DNA from: Selaginella moellendorffii | Lineage: Eukaryota > Plantae > Lycopodiophyta | Direction of reading: 5' to 3' | Assembly (NCBI RefSeq): GCF_000143415.4 | Contig: NW_003314351.1 | Coordinates: 504,964-568,963 of the forward strand | DNA: 64,000 nt | Shown here: piece by piece, positions 13,527 to 24,472 of the stretch | How positions within the stretch are numbered: the first letter of the stretch is position 1 | Layout: every line of letters starts with the position of its first letter | The notes under the pieces: generated by a model | The model's input: only the letters and a program-made list of their open reading frames with translations | Databases searched by the model: none | What the model was told of the DNA's origin: nothing | Translations under genes and position numbers: made by a program

Positions 13527-13760
13527 TCAGCGTTTGGAGGCAGGCCAGCTGATCGTGTTCCAGGCAACCAACGTCATGTTTATTTGTCCTCCTGAACACT
13601 TCTGACGCTTCCACATGTCCACGAGGCTGCTTGCGACGAATGCATCGGCTTTGAATTTGCGAGGTAGACCAACGGCGCTGTGAGCTGAAATCCGGAAATC
13701 CAAGCCGCCGTCCTGTGCCATGCGGGTCAAATCTTTGTACACGTGGTGAACATTGATCTG
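13527..13760 (-). pseudogene. PLS-type pentatricopeptide repeat gene fragment
   Basis: KADAFVASSLVDMW and TLVAWNTIS resemble the PPR motifs DxFVxSSLVDMY and DVVAWNTMI. The fragment is frameshifted and short. Confidence 0.5.
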
Positions 13761-14289
13761 ACAATGAGGTCCAATTACAGGTTGCCTCATGTTCAACAGG
13801 CTCACCACATGCCCATTAAGGTGGTTCACAGACACAAGCTTCTGTTGGTGAGAATTTTACTGCAACACCCACGTGGCTGATATGGCCTATATAGTTCTAG
13901 AGAACTTGTATTATTGCTTATGTGGCACAGACAAGTTCTTCAAAATTGTACTAGTTCAATAAAAATATGTCAAGTATTACTTAACTGGCTTGTGCTTGCC
14001 TCACTATAAGGTTGGTAATGGCCACATGCCTGCCTGTTGACTGGCAGAATGGGTTTGCCAGGCTTGTGCCCAGCTCACCCATTCTGGGTGGTAACGGGGT
14101 GGCATAGGCCCTTAACCTTTTCATCGCAAGAATGCAAAGCACTGGAGTGGAATCCTTGGTAGTGTGGTGCATCTCTACTTCATCCATGGCACTACCGCTT
14201 GCTTCATTGAAGATTGCTGTTGTTGTTTTCCAGTTATTTGATCTTAGAGGTGGCACTAGCGATTACTGCACTGTTGCAACAGCAGTGAA

Positions 14290-14433
14290 AAGTGAGGAGG
14301 CTGAGGCTGATCTCCAATGCCAGGAGCAACTGCCAGAAAAGAAAGATGAGAAGAAGGATGCGGTGATCTCTGACTACTGAGGAATCCTCCCCAAGATGAG
14401 CAAGGCAAGCCATGGTCATGGAAGTCCTTCAAG
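14290..14433 (+). pseudogene. Alternative oxidase (AOX) exon-1 fragment
   Basis: KKDEKKDAVISDY*GILP, a frameshift, then DEQGKPWSWKSFK followed by donor GTAAGC. This matches the plant AOX exon-1 end (SYWG...DGxxWxWxCFR|intron). The Trp codon is mutated to TGA. Confidence 0.5.
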
Positions 14434-15034
14434 GTAAGCATATTTGTCTTTTTGGAAATTTCTTACTTCTCAGTGAGATTTTCATCACCTGACTGAACAA
14501 TAAAAAGCGTAGCCCACCACACAATGCTCATGATCATCATGAGGCAGCATCTTCCACAATACCGTAGATTTCATCTCCAGATTGCCAAATCAATAGTGGG
14601 ATAAATGCACAATCCAGCAACCCCCTCTCTTATGTGACTATGCCCTTGTCATGCTCCCTCTGTGGCATTCCACATCATGCCCAGTTAGCCACCAAATACT
14701 GTGCCCCAAATGCTTAATAACTAACTCTAGCAATGTTAAACTTTTATAATTTTGTGCATGAATGGCTATAATTTATAAGTATATAGTCTATGTTTGGTTT
14801 AGGCTTTTCTTTATTGTGTCTTATGTTTGTTCCTTCTTATATTTTCTTTCTTATTTTATTTATTTTCTTGATATCCTATCATCTAGGAAGCCTAGCCAAC
14901 TCAATCAAAACACTTGCCACTCCCAAGTTCTATTTTAAAAAAAGTGTTTTTTCTACTCCCAAAACCATGAAAGGTAGCATGCCTCCATGAATGTTATTGA
15001 TTAGTGTCCACTCCCCTAGAGCCACTATTCCTAG

Positions 15035-15185
15035 TTGCTCCGTGCTCTTATACCTTAACTCTTTGGCTGTACGCTAGGGAGTTGTTTCATGCTCTAGTTC
15101 ATCTCCTGGCTATATGCTCGGGAGTTGGGCTCCTTCAATGGCCCAAGTCCTAGAACTCAGGTTTTGCTCTACTGTCCTTGTGTAA
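15035..15185 (+). mobile_element. Fragment related to LTR family C
   Basis: TTGGCTGTACGCT..GAGTTG and TTCAATGGCCCAAG..CTAGAACTCAGGTTTTGC match 20499-20630. Confidence 0.55.
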
Positions 15186-15419
15186 GACACAAATCCCTAA
15201 GTTTAATAGTCTCAAGATGCTACAACCTGTGACACACGAAAAGTGTCAGGATCATGGATCATGATTGGCAACATGGACAAGAGGAATTCGAAGCAAAAAT
15301 GATGATTATTCAGTCCATGTTAGATACAATATCATGTCGTTGTGAGGACCCTGGTCCCCAAGCATGAGAAGAAACTGCAAGATGGAAGAAAAGACCACGG
15401 GAGAAAATCATCTAGTGAA

Positions 15420-17530
15420 AGCTAACCTGTTGCATACTCGTGCTTATACTATTTGAATGATTCATCTGGATCATGATAAACCTGGTGGCCCATAAGATGT
15501 AAACAGATGAGACAATCAAAAACTATCTTACTTTGTTTCACTTCCTTGTACTTTGACTGTAAGAGGTTGATGTATAAGACTGCCATTCGGGGCAAACAAT
15601 CTCTTTCTTGTCCTAGAAGATCTGTAGAGCCTTGTAGAGCTTGCTAAATTGTCAGATCAAAGTTCTCTGTAGAAGATTTAAATCGGTATAAGAGTAGTAT
15701 GCAACTGTCGCAAGAACAAACAAAGAGTGTCAGTGTCTTCATCAAAGCAATAGAACAACGAAAAATAAAAGAAAAAATTAACAAGCTAACTTTTTTGGAT
15801 TATGTTTGTAGTCCCCGAAGGATGAAGAAGACATTGCCGTGCATCACTCTGGACTATCATTCCTTCAGTGCCAGTGTCAAGGAGACCCCCACAACAGATC
15901 ACTAAAATCCCGGACAAAGTGGAGCTCGCATCTCTGCTCAGTGCTTGTGGTTTGTATTGTGACGCTGACCAGACTGCATGGGCAGCTATCGATCTGGGAG
16001 CGTATCACCTACACGATCATCGCCGTGTGTACTCCTCTCCAATGCTTTTGTACAGAAGGTTGAGACAACGCACCAGGCAACTATGCTAAACTATAGCTGA
16101 TGCAAATGGCTTTCAGGTTCCATACACCCAAACTCAAACTAGGCACACTTCTATATCGAAAGTTTGCATGGCCGTGTCTTGTGATATTCCATTTTCTTGC
16201 AGCCATCTTGATTGAAGCTGCCAACTTCTTAGAGAATGTGTAATCTGTTCACTGACACATTTTCTCTTGTGAAGTGCTTCTTAAACTTCTTTCTTGTGTT
16301 ATTTTGATCCAAAACTTCTACTTATGCATTCGATCTTGTGTTTTAATAAGTTCGTGATGGTAAAGTCTATTAATGACGTAGCAAGCTCCTTCAGAAATTG
16401 GACGAGTGAAAAACTGAGCGAAGGCTGGGCTTTTACGTAAGGTGCCTTTCTGGTATCTTCATTTGCTTTTCAAGTTCATCAATCACTCAACTTGATTCAA
16501 AATGCAGGAAAAGCTGGGCAGAAAAATGCGTAGAATGAATAAAGCACTGATCTGATTTTTGCTACAAAACAGACAAATAATAACATCGATTATTGATTTT
16601 GATTTCCCATCTCTACACAATGCATTAATGAAGCTAAGAACTATTATTTCCCTCAAAAAGGCCTGGAAGAACCAAACTGAAGCACCAGCTGCTTTTTTTT
16701 TTTTTTTTCTTTCTAGCAGCAAGGTTGTTTTTCTGTAGAGACAAATTGATCTGGAATCCCAGATTTTCCTACAAACACGATCAAGGCCGTGTAAGGAATG
16801 CTGTTTAAGGGATCAGAGCATAGACTATGGCACTCATAGCAAGGTCTATCACCGACTTAAAGGTATACAGCCATTTCTCCAAGTGATCTTTAGCACCTGT
16901 TGAATTTAGTTGCATGAGAATCCTCTAGGAACATTAGGAGCCCAAGTGCTAATGTAAGTATCAAACTCAGACAAGCTGAGAGTTTCTTGTAGGAGGCTAC
17001 AGAAAGAAACTTCAAACTATTACCATGTCAAGAGAAATGACTTCACTTTCACTCAATGTTTCCCAATGCACTTTTATGAAATGTAATGGATAAGCACCTG
17101 CCTGTAGAAACATTGAAAGTTAAACCACATTCCCAGTAAATCAGAACCTACTTTAATCTCTCTGATAAAGGGTAAACCAAAATAATCATACTCTTTCGAA
17201 ACAAATATACCCTTTTCTTGTAAATTGAGTCATTGGTCTTCTCCTTGGTGGAGCACTTCTTTCTCTAAATACACACAAACTTTACACCATACTTATTTTA
17301 ATCTATATTTTCCAGCGGAGCTGGAATCCCAGCTAGTTGTATTCAATTACACATTTGGTCGTCAAGTTCGAATCTCCTTGGGCCAAGAAGCAATCTAAGA
17401 CCCAATTGAGTATGTCCCATGCCAAACTGATATCATTGCTTGGATCCTCAAGCTTCATTACTGTTGTTAGTTCCTGGAATGCTTCTATTAGTAGTGTGAT
17501 CAGCCGTGTTGTAGGACACACTTCAGCAGT
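15420..17530 (-). pseudogene. Possible decayed multi-exon gene of unknown type, cut off by an LTR
   Basis: Minus-strand splice-like signals bound short protein-like pieces (e.g. AFQELTTVMKLEDPSNDISLAWDILNWVLDCFL) with many stops. No family recognised. Confidence 0.3.
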
Positions 17531-17537
17531 CTCTCAG

Positions 17538-18495
17538 GGTTCCAAAAGTATATTAGGGAGAGTGTGGGATTTGGACTTTAGTGGAGCCAATTTGGCCAGG
17601 AAAGGCTAGTTTGGCCTAGGAAGGTTGTACCTAGGTGTTGAGTGATGAGATAACAATTAGGAAGTCCAAGGCTAGAGTGAATACAGACCGATAAGTGGGG
17701 TAGTTTGGTGAAGTGTTCAAGAGCCAGCTCTAGTTCCCCCGGGAGATCAAATGGTCAATGCTCCAAGTCCAAGCGTGGGTGGCACTACCTACTTGGATAC
17801 TTGGTGTGGCTTAAGAGAACCTTGCTCTAAGCCCATGGCTAGAGCACCCAAAGGCGGAAGGTGGGGAGAGTACTTACGAGGCTTGTGTAGGGCTATGGTG
17901 TTCTGAAATATTGTCCCAAAGTCCCAGATTGTGGAAAGGAAGAGGAACAGTCCTCTAGTGTAGTGACTAAGGATACGGGCACATGGTGAGAAAGTTCTAG
18001 AGGACAAGGGGATTTAGAGGTTGGGCCTGCGGGCCTTGATTTAGTGGCAGTGTTGGTGAACACGGCCATGGACAAAAAGGGACTTGGAGGGGTTTGAAAG
18101 AGGAATATTGGGGAAAGCTATTTCCCATGTCTATAGGCATCCTAAGGATGCTAAGGAGTGGATCTGAGATGACCACTCATAGATGGATGACCTAGTCTTT
18201 GAGAGTTGAAACTGTGATGCAGGTGGTGTTGGACCATTAGTGTGGCAAAGGTGAATAGACATAGCTTTAGCTTAACGGGCTGATATGTCAGTGGTACCTT
18301 TGGGTGTCGGTCATGGGACCGGACACGTGGAGCACTTGGACCAAGTGCAAAGGTTGAGTGGTATGGATGCCATTCTCATGGCTAACAAACCCTAAGTCCT
18401 GAATTAGACTTATGGAGGTTGGGAATGAGACTCCTTCAAGTGGTCGAAGGTGTGGTTAAGTGACTAAAGTAGAATGGAAAAATTAGTCTCTTACA
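17538..18495 (+). mobile_element. Family A LTR, 3' half
   Basis: Homologous to 37730-38673 and ends ...AAAATTAGTCTCTTACA. Confidence 0.85.
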
Positions 18496-18939
18496 TTGAG
18501 AAAAGAGAATAAAATATTCTTCTGTATTGTGAGATTTAATTAGCTGTGTGCTTGCAAAGGAAAAGTTAATTATTTTAACAAAATATACAACCATTTAGAA
18601 TCTAGAGATATATGAGAATCTTAAAGAGCCACCCGTATTAATTGTATAATTGATTGTGAGAGGAATAATATTGTTAAAATGAATGGGTTTATGAGTGAGA
18701 GGTGGCAATTAATCATGAGAGTTGAAAAAAACCACGCATAAACCAACATTTCTAAGCTTGACTTGGTTCAACAGTGAATTGATCTTCCTAGCACCAAGGA
18801 AATCACTCCTATCTTTCTTCAAATTTTTTTAATGTTTACTCAAGTGCTTTTGTTATTTTTATGGAGACATATAAATCATGCCACAACAAAAGAAGTGTGC
18901 TGGTCAACCTCAATGGACCATTGACTGATTCATCCTCTA

Positions 18940-19110
18940 AGTACACCCCTAACTCCTTGTATTGTTCCAGCATTTATTAAAAGTAGCCCTGGTTACCATT
19001 TAAAGGACTTGTATCCTCATCCGTATTCGACCTCCCATAATCATTAATTCAAGTCTCAAATTCACTATCCTCAACCATATGAGGATAATCTTATGACTCT
19101 TTTATTGTCT
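18940..19110 (-). mobile_element. Fragment related to the family A internal region
   Basis: CAGCATTTATTAAAAGTAGCCCTGGTTACCATTT is the reverse-complement homolog of 39127-39160. Confidence 0.55.
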
Positions 19111-20029
19111 TAGAGTCTTTATCTTTCCCGTGATCTTAACTGTCAAACACTCATTTGAATCAGATCCTTGACTATGCTAAGGTTTACGAGAGGAAGAGTT
19201 AGTGATTGATATTGAAGTGGTTAGTTTCTTATTGGATTTGAGTTGTGAATATATTGATCATTAATGAATTCTCTTATGTTTATTATGAAGTGAGTTATAT
19301 TTTGCTATAAATGGATTCATGGAGGATTGGTTGGTGATCACTTATTGAGCATAGTTTTATTGTGCTTGGCTTTTGGATTGATGCAGACATGCTCTTCATT
19401 AGCTTTTACATTATGAAGTTTGACTTCTAGATGCGTTGAGAAGGATATCATGGGTTGTACCATGATTTCTTCTTTAATAGTAAAGTTAGTTCATGTGAAA
19501 CTCGTGATCATTGTTAGGCAAGATTTGGCTATAGGCATTTTCGAGCTTTTGGTTCCTTAAGTTTTTATGCTCATTATTCCATTTGTTAAAGGTTGGGGAA
19601 GGCATTTTTGTCGCAAATGTGACTTCGGGTATCGAAAGTTATTTGTCGACTGTCTTTTAGGATATTCTTTCCTTACTACCATGATAGCAGGAGATCAGTA
19701 TTGCTGGCCCATTATCAATTCCCACTTGAGCTAGTTGAGAAACTGGTCAATGACCATGCACTTAAATTGGATAAACATAAGGTAGGTATTCTATGTGTTT
19801 CTTGCTGAGCATACTCGGCCTAGTTCGACAAACTTGTATTATTAGTTTGCACTTGCTAGTATCAAGAACCCCCGCAATATTGAGCTTAGTCCCTTAATAT
19901 TTGCTAGATGATAGCTTACTGTGTCTGCCAAACACTTTTGCTATCATGCCCTTTGTGTTAGTTTCATTCCAGTCCTAAATACTATTTATGGAAAGTGTCT
20001 AGATTTGCTCATTTAGCATATCTACAGAA

Positions 20030-23000
20030 TGTAGAGATTGTCCTGAACACAATGGTGTTCATCCCGTATCTAAATTCATAATCTAGAGATATTCCATATT
20101 TAGTAAGTTTCAAGCTTGTCCTAGAGCCTAATTCCTAGTATTAAGGGAGTCTTGAAGTAAAAGCCCAAAGCATGTGTTCCTCAAAGGGGGGAGGGGGGAT
20201 ATGAGGGGTTTCAAATGTATAGTAGGGATAGTGGGTACGTTGGGCATGGCCGACCAACTTGAGGTATAGTCTAACTCTCGTTTGTGTGTTTGTTCTTGTT
20301 CTGCGTCCGTCTTGGGTCTAAGCCCAAACTCCACACCATGCAAGTTGGTGGAATACCCATATCCTCGCGTTAAGCCACCAGTATGCTGAAATAGCACCAA
20401 ACTCCATTTGGCTCCGTTTTGCATGTTGGTCCTAACATTGGGATGCTGGATGCTCTAGGACTATTCCAAGTCACTCCATAATTCTGTCCCTTTGCTCCTT
20501 GGGCTGTATGCTTCAGAGTTGCTCCGTGGTCCGGTCCCGTCACTCCTTGGCTCCATGCTTAGGAGTTTGGCATCGTACTTTCGTTCAATGGCCCAAGGCC
20601 TTGAAACTCAGGTTCTGCACCATTGTCCATTGGACACGTGGCATGTGGCATGTGGCATATGACATGTGGCATATGGAGGGTTTAGGTTCTACTTCATGGT
20701 TATCCTAAGGTAAATCACCGTAAGATAAAGGGTTAAAACCACGTGCGCTACATTTGGTATTAGAGGATGAGTCTTAGCAAGTACTATACAATGAGATTGG
20801 GCAACTACTCTCGTTACATACACAGAGATGAAAGCAATGATCTGAATGGGTACACCTTTGGGTGTTAAGACTTCGCATTCATTCCTTAGGTATAGATTTT
20901 AGTTACCTTTCATACCATGGGTTCATAAGAGGGATTGAGTTGTTCCGTTTACATGAGTTTGCACTTGGGCTTGTGAGTGAGACACATTAGCAACTCAAGG
21001 TTATACTTTGAGTTGGCAGGATTAATATTAGCCTATTGGTGGTTCCATGAGTTGTTCCATGTACCATGGGAAAAAGTAAACCTCCCCTAGGTTTGCCATG
21101 AGTGGCAAATATACTAGTCCATAGTTGTTTAGCACAACACTAGTGGATCCTTCCGAGGCATGATTATAAGTGGATCAATCAAGATTGTAAGGAATAATCT
21201 ATTGGTTCAAGTAGTCATTACTACATTCTCTCATAAACTTTTTTTGGATTGGACTGAAGGCAATGCAAAAGCAAACTTGAGGTTTAGTCAAAGATGAGAC
21301 TGAAAAGAGAGTCGTCAGGGACAAAGGATTAAACACGTAAATTATTTTCTCTTTTTGGAAAGATGATTTGCAATAAGGTGTTAACTCATTGCTCGTGTTC
21401 ACATTATGCAATCAAGAGTCCCTACCTTGGTGCATATTAGTTATAGTTGTCTTACAAGTGGTGAGTCATGGGATGGATAGCGGTGAAGTGCTATACCATT
21501 TTGTCTAAACTTGTTATTAAAGACTTGGGTTACAATGCTCAATTCTTTTTTGGGGAACTTTGTTATTGCTCCTTGAGTAGCTTGGTGTTGGATTAGTTTT
21601 GAGTTTAGTCGGAAAGAGAGTGGCATAAGCTTGTCCATATTGGTAAAAGTTAATGGTGTTAAGTGTTGTAAATCTCTATTAGTGAAGTGTGGCATTTATG
21701 TTATATTTTGTCGAATTGATACTCACATAAACCTTTGTAGTAGTGACATGGGCATTGCTCATGGTGTTGCTCAATTGATGATCAAGTCATTGTGATTTCA
21801 TATCATATCCATGTGATAATGAGTAATATGTTTACAAAGTTGCTTGGTTAGACAATAATCAACCCTAAAGTGGTTGATAGTGAAGCTAGTCTACTTGCAC
21901 AAGTAGCATTGTAGTAACTTTGACTGAGTTCTCAATAATGATGTATGATATGCTAAGTTTGAGTTGGTACCTTGGTTCCTTGAGTTTGCCCATTGAGGTG
22001 TTGCAAAAGGGTTGGTTGATCCGTTAGCACTTGGAGTAAATTATTGGATGGTGAAAGTGTGAAGTTGTTGAGGCATTGGCATTACTAGCACTTGTGTTAG
22101 TGGAAGTAGTATTGTTGTTTCAAATGATGAGGAAATTTCTTTAGAGCTTAATTTTCCATGTAATTTTTCTTATTAGTGTTTAGGCTTCACATTGAAGGTG
22201 ATTGAAGAAGAGTGTTAGTGCAATATGAATATCTAAAGATATGGTCTTTATGATCAAGCCTTGGATGTTTTTGCATTTTACGGATGGCGATGTTGAATAT
22301 TAGAAATATGGGCATGATGTTTAAGGCTTAAACATGCTATGGGTCATGAGAATTCATGTTGAGGTAAAATTATATGAAGTTGTTAGTAGGAGGAAGTTGG
22401 TTGAGTCTTGAAAGTTTGCATTCTTGGACTAAGACTTATTATTTCTCTAGGATGGAAATTTTCTACAAATTTTCTTAGACTTTTTCAATAGTTGATCTGT
22501 TAATCATTTTGTCCAAAAACCATTCTGTTTTCGTAAGCCAATACAAACTAGTGGAAGGGTTGGAGTTGACTTTAGTTGGCTTAAACTTTAGTAGGTAGTT
22601 TGTATGATGTGACCCAAAACAGATGTTGACTTTTGAGGCTAAGACAATTGAATTGGATAGAATTTGGAGTTAGTGTAGAAAAGTGGCAGTTACGCTTTTC
22701 AAGAAAGGTGACCCTTGTGCCTTTCTTCTATAATGTTATGTTAGGTGGCAGGTTGCACCTTGCATTTTGTTAAAGTTTATGAGAATAGTGAACTCTCACT
22801 GATCTTGACTTGGTCTTGGTGGCCCGGCACCTTGGTTGAGGATAGTGATGTCCAGCTTAGTTGTTTGAGATTGAGATGTTAATACCCTACTATAGCTTTG
22901 TGTATGAGGAGGTTGTGTATTAATATGAGTCCATCTTATGGTCTTCACTTTAGTTTCAATTGAGTGTTGATCATATAAAGCTAGCTTCTTCAAAGCATGC

Positions 23001-23627
23001 TCAGAGCTATTGACTAAATGTCTTGGTGAGTTTATTATGGTTGAGTTGGATTTGAGTAGTCATTTAGTTTGTGCTTGTCCATGTTCCTATATCTCATATT
23101 TGGTATTATGTTCATATTGAACAATTATATAAGAGTTTAGTGTTTAGGTCTTATGAAAGCAAGTTGAAAGAGTGATTGTTAGCTGCTTTGCAACTAGTGA
23201 TTGCTTGTAGACTTTATCGAAGACTATTAACACTTGCTTCACTTGATGATAATTTAGTAGTGATAGACTTGCTTTACTGGTGTTGCGGAGGATCATGTTG
23301 TGGCTTACATTGTTTTTCCTTGTTGGCGTGTTGATTCCTTTGTCGATATCATTTAGTTACGTTTAGTCGGTGGTGTTTGATTACATTGAGTATTGGACGT
23401 GGTGAATCACTCCTTGATAATATGTTATCTATAACTGAGTGTTGCTGGAGGATTAGTCTCGAATGCTAAATATAGTATCTTCAACCTTGGTTAGCTTGGT
23501 TGCTAGAGAGCTTTGGGTGGTGATTCACTCTTGCTTTCTTCTAGTTTTGTTTTGGTGTTGATGGATTGAAGTGATGGCCTATCATTGATATTGTTGATGT
23601 TGAGATTCAAATGAAATGAAATGTCTC
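20030..23627 (+). mobile_element. Old LTR element, family C: LTR about 20030-20752, PBS and decayed internal region
   Basis: TGTAG...CTACA termini followed by the PBS-like TTTGGTATTAGAG. Internal blocks recur at about 44655-44789, 54892-55090, 55915-56250 and 59330-59520. The 5' boundary is tentative. Confidence 0.55.
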
Positions 23628-24472
23628 TGTAAGCGACTAATTTTTCCATTATGCTTTAGTCATTTAGCCACGCCTCCGACCCCTTCGAGGAGTCTCACTC
23701 ACCACCTCCATAAGTCCTATTTTGGACTTGGGCTTGCTAGCCCCGAGAATGGCATCTCCGCCACTCAACCTTTGCACTTGGTCCAAGTGCTCCACGTGTC
23801 CGATCCCATGACCGACACCCCAAGGTACCACCGACACATCAGCCCGTTACGCTAAGGCCATGCCCATTCACCTTGGTCACACCGGTGGTCTAACACCACC
23901 TACACCACAGTCCCATCTCTCAAAGACTGGGCCATTCATCCATGAGGGATCATCCCCGATCCCCTCCTTAGCATCCTTAGGATGCCTATAGACATGGGGA
24001 ATAGCCTTCCCCAATATCCCCTTTCCGGTCCCTACCAAGTCCCTTTCTGGCCATGGCCGTGTTTGCCAACACTGCCACTGGACCAAGGCCCACAGGCCCG
24101 AGCACTAAGTCCCACGGTCCTCTGGGACTTCCTCACCACACGACTGTATCCTTAGTCACTACACAAGAGGACTACTCCTCTGCCTTTCCACAGTCTGGGC
24201 CTTCGGGACAACATTTCGGAACACCGTGGCCTTACGCAAACCTCGGGGGTACTCTCCCCGCCTTCCGCCTTTGGGTGCTCTAGCCATGGGCTTAGAGCGA
24301 GGTTCCATTGAGCCACGCCTGGTATCCAAGTAGGTAGTGCCACCCACACTTGGACTGGGAGCATTGGCCAGTCGATCTCCCGGGGAAACTAGAGCTGGCT
24401 CTTGAACACTTCACCAAGCTACCCCGCTTGTCGGTCCGTATTCACTCTAGTCTTGGACTTCCCAGTGGTCAG
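23628..24472 (-). mobile_element. Family A LTR, 3' half, interrupted by family D
   Basis: Starts TGTAAGCGACTAATTTTTCC, the reverse complement of the LTR A end, and is homologous until 24472. Confidence 0.88.
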
